Positions 1 to 9,023 of a stretch of DNA of 35,403 nucleotides are shown in pieces. A program made the position numbers and the translations under genes. Source of the stretch: Lysobacteraceae bacterium. Lineage in GTDB: Bacteria > Pseudomonadota > Gammaproteobacteria > Xanthomonadales > Xanthomonadaceae. Every line of letters starts with the position of its first letter. Positions within the stretch are counted from its first letter, which is position 1. Under the pieces are notes generated by a model, which saw only the letters and a program-made list of their open reading frames with translations, did not search any database and had not been told where the DNA came from. The stretch lies in NCBI GenBank assembly GCA_031400995.1, contig JANNQY010000215.1, positions 1-35,403 of the forward strand. The letters are read 5' to 3'.

Positions 1-62
1 CCGGCGCCGCCGCCAGAATCGGAGCCGGCGATGGTGAGGACGCTGACGGGTCGGTGGCTCAT
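1..62 (-). CDS. thiD: Hydroxymethylpyrimidine/phosphomethylpyrimidine kinase, 5' end only (runs off the window)
   Basis: Not in the ORF track. Manual translation of the reverse strand from the ATG at 62 gives MSHRPVSVLTIAGSDSGGGA(G), the ThiD N-terminal TIAGSDxxGGAG signature. The ATG overlaps the upstream gene's stop (ATGA). Confidence 0.88.
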   Translation of the reverse strand, partial: MSHRPVSVLTIAGSDSGGGA

Positions 63-739
63 GGACGCAGGCTCCCGGAGGCGATGTTGCGATGACGGTA
101 GACGGTGTAGACCAGCCCGGTGGTCCCGGTGAGCAGTGCAGGCAGGTAGAGCGCGCGATGCTCCCAGCGCCCAAACAGCAGCGCCCCGAGGATGCCGCCG
201 GCCAGGAACGCGGAGATGATCACCACGCACAGCGCCAGCCGGCGTCGCGCCACCGGCAGTCCGCGAAGCGTGTGGCCCAGGGTGATGCCCAAGTCGGTGA
301 ACATGCCGCTGAGGTGGCTAGTGCGGACGATGGCGCCGCTGTAGGTGGTGGCCATGGCGTTCTGAAGGCCGATGGCCATCGCCGCCAGCACGGGACCCAG
401 GAACAGTCCACGCTGGAACAGTGGCACCGAAGCGAACAGCAGCAGCGATTCAATGCCCAGCGCCACGCCATAGCGTCGCCCTAGGCGCAGCACGCTGTCC
501 TGGATCAGCAGGCCGCTGAGCACGGCGCCAGACACGAACGCCAGGATCATCGTCGCCAGCTGCCACGAGGCGCGGAAGTCACCGCGGGCAAGCGCCGCGC
601 CCAGCAGTGACGTGGTGCCGGTGAGGTGGGTGATGGCCTGGTGCTCGAAGCTGAGATAGCCCACCACGTTCACCATGCCGGCCACGCAGGCCAGGGCCGC
701 GGCTCCGGCCCAGACCCACGTGGCAAGCCGTTCGGTCAT
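59..739 (-). CDS. YoaK / DUF1275 family membrane protein
   Basis: Hydrophobic multi-TM protein with family-like motifs AGMVN, THLTGTTS, GLQNA and VRTSHLSGMFTDLG. The start was moved from 934 (inside phoH) to the ATG at 739, 4 nt after the phoH stop. Confidence 0.82.
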   Translation of the reverse strand: MTERLATWVWAGAAALACVAGMVNVVGYLSFEHQAITHLTGTTSLLGAALARGDFRASWQLATMILAFVSGAVLSGLLIQDSVLRLGRRYGVALGIESLLLFASVPLFQRGLFLGPVLAAMAIGLQNAMATTYSGAIVRTSHLSGMFTDLGITLGHTLRGLPVARRRLALCVVIISAFLAGGILGALLFGRWEHRALYLPALLTGTTGLVYTVYRHRNIASGSLRP

Positions 740-743
740 GGCC

Positions 744-2141
744 TCACAAAACTTCCGAAGCGTAGTCAGCCAGGCGCGAACGCTCGCCGCGCCGCAGGGT
801 GATGTGGGCCGAGTGCGCCCAGTTCTTGAAGCGGTCAACGGCGTAGGTGAGGCCCGAGGTGGTCTCGGTGAGGTAGGGCGTGTCGATCTGCTCCACGTTG
901 CCCATGCAGATGATCTTGGTGCCCGGGCCGGCACGGGTGATCAGGGTCTTCATCTGCTTGGGCGTGAGGTTTTGCGCCTCGTCCACGATCACCCAGCGGT
1001 TGAGGAAGGTGCGCCCGCGCATGAAGTTCATCGAGCGGATCTTGATGCGGCTGGCCAACAGCTCGTTGGTGGCGCCGCGGCCCCAGCTGCCGTGGTCCTC
1101 GGTGTGGGTGAGCACTTCCAGGTTGTCGGTGAGCGCCCCCATCCACGGCGTCATTTTTTCTTCCTCGGTGCCGGGCAGGAAGCCGATGTCCTCGCCCACG
1201 CTCACCGTGGCGCGGGTCATGATGATCTCGCGGTAGCGCTGGATGTCCATGGTCTGGGTCAGACCCGCCGCCAGCGCCAGCAGAGTCTTGCCGGTGCCGG
1301 CAGTGCCCAGCAGGGTGACGAAATCGATTTCCGGGTCCATCAGCGCATTGAAGGCGAAGTTTTGCTCGCGGTTGCGGGCGTTGATGCCCCACACCTGGTG
1401 CTGGGGGCTGCGGAAGTCGTCGACGATCTGCAGGATCGCGCGCTCCTCATCCAGCCGCGCCACCTTCATCTCCACTTCGTCGCTGCCCGGCATGTACAGG
1501 AACTGGTTGGGATACCAGCCGTCGTCGTCCTTGCGCTTCACTTCATAAAACGTGCGGCCTTTCTCGGTCCAGCTGCGCAGGCTGCTCTGGTGCTGCTCCC
1601 AGAAATCCACCGGCAGCTCGGTGGCGCCGGTGAACAGCAGGTTGAAATCGTCAATCGCCCGGTCGTTCTCGTAGTCCTCGGCCTTGACGCCGCAGATGGA
1701 GGCCTTGATGCGCAGGTTGATGTCCTTGGACACCAGCACCACCGGCACGCCGGGGTTGTCCTCGATCAGCTGCAGGATCGAACCCAGGATCTGGTTGTCC
1801 GGCATCACGGTGCCGAAACGCTTACCAGTCTCCATCGGCTTGAGCTGGAACAGCAGCCTGCCTACGCTAGCTTCCGCGCGCAGCTGCAGGCCCTTGGGCT
1901 GGGCCAGCTTCACGCCGTCTTCGAGGTTCTGGTTACCGTGCGCCTCGATTATCTCGTTGAGGAAACGGCTCACCTGGCGGGCATTTCGGCTCGCTTCGCT
2001 GTGGCCTTTCTTGCCGTTATCGAGTTCCTCCAGGACCATCATCGGGATGAAAACGTCGTGTTCGGCGAACTTGAACAGCGCTGTGGGGTCGTGCATCAGC
2101 ACGTTGGTGTCCAGTACATAGATCCGCTTGCTTCGAGTCAT
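744..2141 (-). CDS. PIN-PhoH family protein (N-terminal PIN domain plus PhoH ATPase)
   Basis: N-terminal YVLDTNVLMHD (PIN), Walker A GTAGTGKT, IGFLPG, RGRT and VDEAQN PhoH motifs. Start set at ATG 2141 (MTRSKRIYVLD), with GAG upstream. Confidence 0.92.
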   Translation of the reverse strand: MTRSKRIYVLDTNVLMHDPTALFKFAEHDVFIPMMVLEELDNGKKGHSEASRNARQVSRFLNEIIEAHGNQNLEDGVKLAQPKGLQLRAEASVGRLLFQLKPMETGKRFGTVMPDNQILGSILQLIEDNPGVPVVLVSKDINLRIKASICGVKAEDYENDRAIDDFNLLFTGATELPVDFWEQHQSSLRSWTEKGRTFYEVKRKDDDGWYPNQFLYMPGSDEVEMKVARLDEERAILQIVDDFRSPQHQVWGINARNREQNFAFNALMDPEIDFVTLLGTAGTGKTLLALAAGLTQTMDIQRYREIIMTRATVSVGEDIGFLPGTEEEKMTPWMGALTDNLEVLTHTEDHGSWGRGATNELLASRIKIRSMNFMRGRTFLNRWVIVDEAQNLTPKQMKTLITRAGPGTKIICMGNVEQIDTPYLTETTSGLTYAVDRFKNWAHSAHITLRRGERSRLADYASEVL

Positions 2142-2250
2142 GGGGTTCTCAGCTGGGTTGGACACGGAGTGGAGCCGGGTGTAACGGCACGGCGACGCAC
2201 CGCCGTGGCTCGCGGGGCGAGACGGCGGGGCGGGTTTGCTCGGGGATGCA

Positions 2251-2724
2251 TCACTTTGTCTTGGCGGCCTTTTGCAGCGCCGCCAGCACCGTTGCGGCGT
2301 GGTCGGCAACCTTTACGCCGCGCCAGCTTTCGGCAACGCGGCCTTCGGGATCGATCAGGAAGGTGCTGCGCTCGATGCCCATTACCTTCTTGCCATACAT
2401 GTTCTTCTCTTTTATGACACCGAACGCCCGGCACAGCGCCTCGTCGGTGTCCGACACCAGGTCGAACACGAAGCCTTGCTTGGCGCAAAAGTTCTGGTGC
2501 GATTTCACCGAATCGCGCGACACACCGAGTATTTCCGCCTTTGCACGGCGGAACTTCGGGTACAGGGCGTTGAAGTCCAGCCCCTCGGTGGTACAGCCCG
2601 GGGTGCTGTCCTTGGGGTAGAAATACAGCACCAGCCACTGGCCGCGGTAGTCGGCCAGGTTGGCGGCACCAGCCTTGCCCAGGCTGAGGGGTAGATCGAT
2701 GACGCGGTCGCCGGTGTCGATCAT
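2251..2724 (-). CDS. bcp: Peroxiredoxin, BCP/PrxQ family
   Basis: LYFYPKDSTPGCTTE peroxidatic Cys motif and ERSTFLID. Conserved gcvR-bcp synteny. Confidence 0.93.
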   Translation of the reverse strand: MIDTGDRVIDLPLSLGKAGAANLADYRGQWLVLYFYPKDSTPGCTTEGLDFNALYPKFRRAKAEILGVSRDSVKSHQNFCAKQGFVFDLVSDTDEALCRAFGVIKEKNMYGKKVMGIERSTFLIDPEGRVAESWRGVKVADHAATVLAALQKAAKTK

Positions 2725-2732
2725 TGCCGTCC

Positions 2733-3293
2733 TCAGAACTTCATCGGATCCATGATGGCGTCGAGGTTGAGGTGGTCGCAGAACTCGAGGAAATCGTCGC
2801 GCAGTGCGGCGATGTGCATGTTGGCTGGGATGCCGATGGTGACCTGGGCCGAGAACATGTCGGCGCCAGTCTGCATGGCGCGGTAGCGCGAGCTGTGCAG
2901 GCTTTCGATGGTGATGCTCTGGCGGTCGAAGAAGTCGGCCAGCTGGAACAGGATGCCGGGCTTGTCGGCCGCCACCACTTCCACGATGTAGGGCAGCAGG
3001 TTGGACTGCAGTGCCTTGGGGCCGGTGCGGTACCAGACCAGCTTGAAGCCTTCCTCGCGCTCGAGCCGGGTGAGCATGGCTTCAAGCTTCGCCACGGCGT
3101 CCCAGGAGCCCACCGCCAGGGCGGTGACCGAAACGTCCCGGCCCACGGTGGAAAGGCGCGCATCCACCATGTTGCAGCCGCTGTCGGAAATGCGGCGGGT
3201 CACTGCCAGCAGGGGCGACTGCGGATGCGTAGTGTAGGCGCTGATCAGCAGGTGGTTTTCGTTGGCGGGCGGACGTGCGGCGGTGTCGGTCAA
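2733..3293 (-). CDS. gcvR: Glycine cleavage system regulator GcvR (two ACT domains)
   Basis: ACT-like GCNMVDARL and DKPGIL segments. Divergent from dapA, as is typical. TTG start. Confidence 0.88.
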   Translation of the reverse strand: MTDTAARPPANENHLLISAYTTHPQSPLLAVTRRISDSGCNMVDARLSTVGRDVSVTALAVGSWDAVAKLEAMLTRLEREEGFKLVWYRTGPKALQSNLLPYIVEVVAADKPGILFQLADFFDRQSITIESLHSSRYRAMQTGADMFSAQVTIGIPANMHIAALRDDFLEFCDHLNLDAIMDPMKF

Positions 3294-3408
3294 TTCAGGG
3301 TTCCGTGGCGGCGCGGCTGAAGCGGCGCGAAATGGTCAGGGCCAGCATACTTGCCGCCGCTTTGAGCCCGCAAGTAACATCGCAGACATTCCCAGCAAGG
3401 CCCCTGCA

Positions 3409-4299
3409 TTGCACCTTTCCGGCAGCATCACCGCTTTGGCCACGCCGTTCACGGCCGCTGGCGCGCTTGACCTCCCCGCTTGGACGCGCCTTGTCGAGGC
3501 CCAGCTGTCCGGCGGTTCCCGGGGCATCGTGGTGGCCGGATCCACCGGCGAGGCAGCGGCTCTGACCGACGCCGAGTTCAGCACGCTGCTGCTCGCGGCC
3601 GTGGCCCAGGTAGCGGGCAGGATGGTGGTGCTCGCGGGCACCGGGCAGTCCAACACCGCCAAGACCATTGCCCAGACCCAGCTGGCGCGCGCGGGTGGCG
3701 CCGATGCGGCGCTGGTGGTGACGCCGCCGTACGTGCGGCCCACCCAGGACGGGTTGGTGGCCCATTACCAGGCCGTGGCGGAGCAGGGCGGATTGCCGGT
3801 GGTGCTCTACAACGTGCCTGGCCGCACCGGCTGCGACCTGCTGCCTGAAACAGTGGCCCGGCTTTGCCGCCAGCCCGGCATCGTCGGGCTGAAGGAGGCG
3901 CGTGGCGACGAGGCACGCTGGGCCGATCTGTATCCGTTGGCCCACGACGGGTTCGTGCTGCTCAGCGGCGACGACCCTACGTTCGTGCGCGCCATGCTTG
4001 GCGGCGCCAGCGGCGTGATTTCGGTGGCCTCCAACGTCGTGCCGCGCGCCTTCAGTCGCTTGGCGGCCATGGCCGCGGCAGGCCGCGCGGCCGATGCGTG
4101 GGCGCTGGACGCCCGCCTGGAAGCGCTCTATGACTTCTTGGGCGTCGAGCCCAACCCCATCCCGGTGAAAGCCCTGATGGCGCGCATGGGGCTGGGCCAC
4201 GGCCTGCGCCTGCCCCTGCTGGCCCTGTCGACCGGGCACAATGCCCGCGCTGATGCTCTGGCCGCCCTCTGCCAGCGCCTTGAACACGATCTGCCCTGA
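3409..4299 (+). CDS. dapA: 4-hydroxy-tetrahydrodipicolinate synthase
   Basis: TALATPF, GSTGE, LYNVPGRTG, GLKEA and SGDD motifs. The start is likely the in-frame TTG at 3409 with AAGG upstream; the longer ORF start at 3262 overlaps gcvR. Confidence 0.95.
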   Translation: MHLSGSITALATPFTAAGALDLPAWTRLVEAQLSGGSRGIVVAGSTGEAAALTDAEFSTLLLAAVAQVAGRMVVLAGTGQSNTAKTIAQTQLARAGGADAALVVTPPYVRPTQDGLVAHYQAVAEQGGLPVVLYNVPGRTGCDLLPETVARLCRQPGIVGLKEARGDEARWADLYPLAHDGFVLLSGDDPTFVRAMLGGASGVISVASNVVPRAFSRLAAMAAAGRAADAWALDARLEALYDFLGVEPNPIPVKALMARMGLGHGLRLPLLALSTGHNARADALAALCQRLEHDLP

Positions 4300-4359
4300 T
4301 CCCGCTTACCATTGTCACCTAGCCCGCAGCACGGCCGCGGCGCCCTCCAGGAGAACACC

Positions 4360-4872
4360 ATGACCGCGTCCCCGCTTTCCCTTCGCCCGCTGTTGCTCGG
4401 CGCCGTGGCCTTTGCCGTGCTGTCGCAGGGCGGCTGTGCCTGGACCCGCGACAAGCTCGGCATCGATGCCAACTACAAGGAAAGCGCGCAGAACCAGCCG
4501 CTGGAAGTGCCGCCCGGCATGGACCTGCCCAATACCGCGGCTGCCATCACGGTGCCTTCGGTCAGCGCCAATCCCAATGCGGCCTCGGCGCCTGCGGCGG
4601 CCGGCATTTCCTCATTCACCATGGCCGATGGCGTCGACAGCGCCTGGCGCCGACTGGGCCTGGCCTTGGGCAAAGTCCCCGGCGTCACCGTGGGCGATGC
4701 CGTCAAGTTGCTCAACAGTTACGAAGTGACTTACGAAGGCGTGACCATGCTGGTCCGCGCCGAGGCCGTGGGCGCCGAAACGCGCGTTACCGCGCTGGGT
4801 CCGGACGGCAAGCCGATGAATTCGGCGGCCTCCAACGAGCTGCTGGGCCTGCTGAAGGCCCGCTTGGGCTGA
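4360..4872 (+). CDS. Lipoprotein downstream of dapA, short BamC/NlpB(DapX)-like
   Basis: AGGAG RBS, signal peptide ending GGC, and the YKESAQNQPLEVPPGMDLP segment typical of BamC N-termini. Lies directly after dapA. Confidence 0.65.
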   Translation: MTASPLSLRPLLLGAVAFAVLSQGGCAWTRDKLGIDANYKESAQNQPLEVPPGMDLPNTAAAITVPSVSANPNAASAPAAAGISSFTMADGVDSAWRRLGLALGKVPGVTVGDAVKLLNSYEVTYEGVTMLVRAEAVGAETRVTALGPDGKPMNSAASNELLGLLKARLG

Positions 4873-4878
4873 GCAGCG

Positions 4879-5202
4879 TCAGCGCTGGAGCTGGTCGAGC
4901 TTGCCCGGCTTGCCGTCCCAAGCGGCGGCATCGGGCAGGGGGTCCTGGCGGGTGGTGATCACCGGCCAGGCTTTCGCCAGTTCGGCGTTCAGGGCAATGA
5001 AACCTTCTTGGCCGGCCGGCACGTCGTCTTCGGGGTAGATGGCCTTGGCCGGGCACTCGGGCTCGCACAGGGTGCAGTCAATGCACTCGTCCGGGTCGAT
5101 CACCAGGAAATTGGGGCCCTCGTGGAAGCAGTCCACCGGACAGACTTCCACGCAGTCGGTGTACTTGCAGCGGATGCAGTTCTCGATCACGACGAAGGGC
5201 AT
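4879..5202 (-). CDS. fdxA: 7Fe ferredoxin (FdxA family)
   Basis: [18 protein letters not shown] and [12 protein letters not shown] motifs; 107 aa. Confidence 0.95.
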   Translation of the reverse strand: MPFVVIENCIRCKYTDCVEVCPVDCFHEGPNFLVIDPDECIDCTLCEPECPAKAIYPEDDVPAGQEGFIALNAELAKAWPVITTRQDPLPDAAAWDGKPGKLDQLQR

Positions 5203-5220
5203 GCGAGTTTCCGGAAGATG

Positions 5221-5248
5221 AAGAAAGGCCCGGCGGTGGCCGGGCCTT
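5221..5248 (-). terminator. Intrinsic terminator-like hairpin after tRNA-Glu
   Basis: 10-bp stem AAGGCCCGGC/GCCGGGCCTT (5225-5248) with a 4-nt loop, running into TTTCTT on the minus strand, 6 nt after the tRNA CCA. Confidence 0.7.
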
Positions 5249-5254
5249 GGAATG

Positions 5255-5330
5255 TGGCGCTCCCTAGGGGACTCGAACCCCTGTTCCAGCCTTGAGAGGG
5301 CCGTGTCCTAGGCCACTAGACGAAGGGAGC
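5255..5330 (-). tRNA. tRNA-Glu, anticodon CUC
   Basis: Reverse complement GCTCCCTTCGTCTAGTGGCCTAGGACACGGCCCTCTCAAGGCTGGAACAGGGGTTCGAGTCCCCTAGGGAGCGCCA (76 nt). It has a 7-bp acceptor stem, anticodon loop CT-CTC-AA, T-loop GTTCGAG and an encoded CCA. Confidence 0.97.
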
Positions 5331-5441
5331 GCAGATGACGCAACAGCGGCACGAGCGCTAGTATACCGGGCTTTACCGGCACCGGGAAGCCAACGCCCCG
5401 CCGCCGGCGCCGCGCGGGCCCCGTGCCATCGCCCCCAACCC

Positions 5442-6818
5442 TTGGATATTCGCATCGCCATTACCAACCAACTCCTGATTGTCCCGCGCGCAGAGCACGG
5501 CATTTCCCGCAAGGACATCAGCCCCAATGCGCTGCGCGTGCTTTACCGATTGCGCGAGGGCGGCTTCCAGGGCTATCTGGTCGGCGGCGCGGTGCGCGAC
5601 CTGCTGGTGGGCGGACATCCCAAGGATTTCGACGTGGCCACCGACGCCACGCCCGAACAGGTGAAGTCGCTGTTCCGCAACTGCCGGCTGATTGGCCGCC
5701 GCTTCCGGCTGGCGCACGTGGTCTACGGCCGCGAAATCATCGAAGTGGCCACCTTCCGCGCCAACGTCGACGACGGCAGCGGTGGCCGCGAAACCGAAGA
5801 CGGTGGCCGCCTGTTGCGCGACAACGTCTACGGCACCATCGAAGACGACGCGGTGCGCCGCGACTTCACCGCCAATGCGCTGTATTACGCCATCGAGGAT
5901 TTCTCGGTGCGCGACTACGTCGGCGGCTACCAGGATTGCCAGGACCGCGTGCTGCGCCTGATCGGCGACCCGGTGGAGCGTTACCGCGAAGACCCGGTGC
6001 GGATGCTGCGCGCGGCCCGCCTGGCGGCCAAGCTGGGCTTCACCATCGCGCCCGACGCGGCTGCGCCGATGCCCGAACTGGCGCCGCTGCTGGCCGCCGC
6101 CCCACCGGCGCGCCTGTTCGATGAGTGCCTGAAGATGTTCCTTGCCGGCCACGCCGAGAGCAGCTTCCTGGCGCTCGAAGACCACGGCCTGCTGCCCGCC
6201 CTGTTCCCGGAAACCGCGCTGGCGCTGGAAACCAACCGCAGCGGCGCGCTGCGCACGATGCTGCTCGAAGCCCTGCGCAACACCGACCTGCGCATTGCGC
6301 AAGACAAGCCGGTGACGCCGGCCTTCCTGTTCGCGGCCCTGCTGTGGCCGGCCTATTGCCGCGAATTGGCAGTGATGCAGAAAGCCGGCACCGATCCGCT
6401 GGTGGCGCAGCAGCGGGCCGCCGACCGCGTGACCCTGCACCAGGCCCAGCGCATCGCGCTGCCGCGCCGGTTCTCGATGCCGATGCAGGAAATCTGGCTG
6501 CTGCAGCCGCGTTTCAACCAGCGCGTGCGCAAGCGCGTGTTTCGGCTGCTGTCGCATCCGCGCTTTCGCGCCGCTTTTGATTTCCTGGAGTTGCGCGCCA
6601 GCGGCACGCCCGAGGTGGCCGAGGACGTCGCCTTCTGGCGCGAGGCCCAGGCCCAGGCGCCCGAGCAGTTGGCCGAGCGCCTCGATGCCAAGTCTCCGCG
6701 CCGCGAGCACGGCGCCGAGGGTGCCGAAGAATTCGCCACCGATAGCCCCTCGGCACCCAAGAAGCGCCGCCGTCGCCGCCGTCCGGGCGGCGCCGTCACC
6801 GGCGGTGGCGGCGAATGA
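5442..6818 (+). CDS. pcnB: Poly(A) polymerase I (start codon uncertain, non-AUG)
   Basis: ISRKDISPNALRVL, YLVGGAVRDLL, PKDFDVAT, LIGRRFRLAHV (PAP-specific), RRDFTANAL, EDPVRMLRA and a basic C-tail. Located upstream of folK. Confidence 0.93.
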   Translation: MDIRIAITNQLLIVPRAEHGISRKDISPNALRVLYRLREGGFQGYLVGGAVRDLLVGGHPKDFDVATDATPEQVKSLFRNCRLIGRRFRLAHVVYGREIIEVATFRANVDDGSGGRETEDGGRLLRDNVYGTIEDDAVRRDFTANALYYAIEDFSVRDYVGGYQDCQDRVLRLIGDPVERYREDPVRMLRAARLAAKLGFTIAPDAAAPMPELAPLLAAAPPARLFDECLKMFLAGHAESSFLALEDHGLLPALFPETALALETNRSGALRTMLLEALRNTDLRIAQDKPVTPAFLFAALLWPAYCRELAVMQKAGTDPLVAQQRAADRVTLHQAQRIALPRRFSMPMQEIWLLQPRFNQRVRKRVFRLLSHPRFRAAFDFLELRASGTPEVAEDVAFWREAQAQAPEQLAERLDAKSPRREHGAEGAEEFATDSPSAPKKRRRRRRPGGAVTGGGGE

Positions 6819-7315
6819 GGCCCGATGCCCCGGTCCGCGCCTACGTGGGCGTGGGTGGCAATTCGGGCGAGGTGGAGATCACGCTCACCGAAGCCCTATG
6901 GGCCGTGGACGCGCTGCCGCAAACCTCCATCCGCCAGCAGTCGGCGTTCTACCGCACGCCGGCCTGGGGCCGCACCGACCAGCCCGATTTCCTCAACGCC
7001 GTGGTGGAGCTGCAAACGCGCATGCCGGCACGGGTGCTGCTGAACGCACTGCTGGAGATTGAACAGCGCTTCGGCCGCGTGCGCAGCGCCGCCGACCGCT
7101 GGGGTCCGCGCCCGGTGGACCTGGACCTGCTTCTGTACGGCGAGGAGTTGCTGGACGAGCCGGGAATGAGCGTGCCGCATCCGCACTTGCACGAGCGCGC
7201 CTTCGTACTGGTGCCGCTGGCCGAGATTGCGTCCCAGTTGGTGGTCCCCGGCCGAGGCGATGTGAAGACGCTGTTGGCCGCGGTGGATGTTTCGGGCATC
7301 GAAGCGATACCTTAG
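6815..7315 (+). CDS. folK: 2-amino-4-hydroxy-6-hydroxymethyldihydropteridine diphosphokinase
   Basis: [21 protein letters not shown] and [15 protein letters not shown] motifs. ATGA overlap with pcnB. Confidence 0.95.
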   Translation: MRPDAPVRAYVGVGGNSGEVEITLTEALWAVDALPQTSIRQQSAFYRTPAWGRTDQPDFLNAVVELQTRMPARVLLNALLEIEQRFGRVRSAADRWGPRPVDLDLLLYGEELLDEPGMSVPHPHLHERAFVLVPLAEIASQLVVPGRGDVKTLLAAVDVSGIEAIP

Positions 7316-7340
7316 GCGTCCCGAGACCCGGCCCACTGCC

Positions 7341-8165
7341 ATGTATGCGAACGATTCCCCCACCCCGGCTCGCGTGCGCCTCACGGTGCCGGCGCTGCGC
7401 AAATTCAAGGCGCAGGGCCAGCGCATCGTTGCACTGACCGCTTACGACGCCGGGTTCGCCCGCAGCATGGACACCGCCGGCATCGACCTGGTGCTGGTGG
7501 GCGACTCCCTGGGCATGGTCTGCCAAGGCCACGACAGCACCCTGCCGGTGACCGTGGACGACATCGTCTACCACGTGGCCTGCGTGGCGCGCGGCCTGGC
7601 GCGCACCTGCCTGGTAGCCGACCTGCCGTTCCAGGCCGATGCCAGCCCCACGCGCGCCCTGGAAGCTTCGGTGCGCTGCCTGCAGGCCGGCGCGGCGATG
7701 GTCAAGCTCGAAGGCGCCGGCCACAAACTTGAAATCATTCGTTTCCTGTCCGAGCGCGAGATCCCGGTCTGCGCGCACCTGGGTCTGACGCCGCAGTCGG
7801 TGCTGCGTCTGGGCGGCTACAAGGTGAAGGGCCGCGAGGCCAACGCGGCCGCCAAGCTGCTGGCCGACGCCCACGCGGTGGTCGCCGCGGGCGCCGACCT
7901 GCTGGTGCTTGAATGCGTGCCTTCGGCGCTGGCGGCGCAGATTACCGCCGCAGTGTCCGTGCCCACCATCGGCATTGGCGCCGGGCCCGACTGCGACGGC
8001 CAGATACTGGTGATGCACGACCTGCTGGGGCTCAACAGCGGCCATCGCCGCCCACGTTTCGTCAAGGATTTCCTGGCCGAAGGCGGCTCGGTGCTGGGTG
8101 CCTTCCAGGCCTACGCGCAGGCGGTGCGCGACGGTACGTTTCCCGCTCCCGAACACGGCTACTGA
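7341..8165 (+). CDS. panB: 3-methyl-2-oxobutanoate hydroxymethyltransferase
   Basis: [26 protein letters not shown] and IGIGAG...DGQILV motifs. Start at ATG 7341. Confidence 0.96.
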   Translation: MYANDSPTPARVRLTVPALRKFKAQGQRIVALTAYDAGFARSMDTAGIDLVLVGDSLGMVCQGHDSTLPVTVDDIVYHVACVARGLARTCLVADLPFQADASPTRALEASVRCLQAGAAMVKLEGAGHKLEIIRFLSEREIPVCAHLGLTPQSVLRLGGYKVKGREANAAAKLLADAHAVVAAGADLLVLECVPSALAAQITAAVSVPTIGIGAGPDCDGQILVMHDLLGLNSGHRRPRFVKDFLAEGGSVLGAFQAYAQAVRDGTFPAPEHGY

Positions 8166-8167
8166 GC

Positions 8168-9016
8168 ATGCAGACCCACGTTACGCTGGCAGCGCTGCGC
8201 GCCCAGGTCCGGCAATGGCGGCGCGAAGGCGCGAGCATCGGCTTCGTGCCCACCATGGGTAACCTGCATGCCGGTCACCACGCGCTGATCGCACTGGCGC
8301 AAAAGCACGCCGACAAGGTGGTGGCGAGCATCTTCGTCAACCCCACCCAGTTCGGTCCCAACGAAGACTACGCGCGCTATCCGCGCACGCCCGACAGCGA
8401 CATCAAGGGCTTGGCCGAAACCGGCTGCGACGCGCTGCTGCTGCCGCCGGTGGAGCAAATGTATCCGTTCGGCACCATGGGCTGCGTGCAGATGCACGTG
8501 CCGGGCATCACCGACATCCTGTGCGGCGCGCATCGGCCCGGGCATTTCAACGGCGTGGCCCAGGTGGTAGCGCGCTTGTTCAACATGGTGGAGCCGGACC
8601 TGGCCGTGTTCGGGCGCAAGGACTACCAGCAGCTGCAGGTAATCCGCTACATGGCGCGGGAAATGAGCTTTCCGGTGGAGATCCTGCCGGCGCCCACGCT
8701 GCGCGAGCCCGATGGCCTGGCCATGAGTTCGCGCAATCAATACTTGGTGGGCGAGCAGCGACAGACCGCGCTTCACATCTACCAGACGCTGTGTTTCATG
8801 CGCGATGCAGCGCGCCAGGGGCTGCCCGTGGCCGGCATCGAGGATGAAGCGATGCAGCGGCTGGAGGCGGCCGGTTTTTCGGTGGACTATGCCGAAGTGC
8901 GACGCGCCGACCTGACCCGCGCCAAGGCGGCCAACGAGCCTGGGCTGGTGGCTCTGGTGGCGGCAAGGCTGGGCCGCACCCGGCTGATAGACAACCTGGA
9001 GTTCGACGGTGCCTGA
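8168..9016 (+). CDS. panC: Pantoate--beta-alanine ligase
   Basis: [42 protein letters not shown] and RLIDN motifs. Start at ATG 8168, 2 nt after the panB stop. Confidence 0.96.
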   Translation: MQTHVTLAALRAQVRQWRREGASIGFVPTMGNLHAGHHALIALAQKHADKVVASIFVNPTQFGPNEDYARYPRTPDSDIKGLAETGCDALLLPPVEQMYPFGTMGCVQMHVPGITDILCGAHRPGHFNGVAQVVARLFNMVEPDLAVFGRKDYQQLQVIRYMAREMSFPVEILPAPTLREPDGLAMSSRNQYLVGEQRQTALHIYQTLCFMRDAARQGLPVAGIEDEAMQRLEAAGFSVDYAEVRRADLTRAKAANEPGLVALVAARLGRTRLIDNLEFDGA

Positions 9017-9023
9017 GCGCGCG

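Noticed and set aside
2142-2160. GCTGAGA-ACCC upstream of an operon containing thiD, resembling part of a TPP riboswitch
   Set aside because: The remaining TPP core (CCTGA...GATAATGCCAGCGTAGG-like) is absent; the motif overlaps the RBS and start codon.
5255-5275. tRNA 3' end as an attachment site for an integrated element
   Set aside because: I found no integrase and no duplicated tRNA 3' fragment in the window; the flanks are core genes.
5292-5441. N-terminal extension of the pcnB ORF
   Set aside because: The ORF-track start lies inside the tRNA-Glu gene on the opposite strand; the extension is Ala/Arg/Pro-rich and lacks PAP homology.
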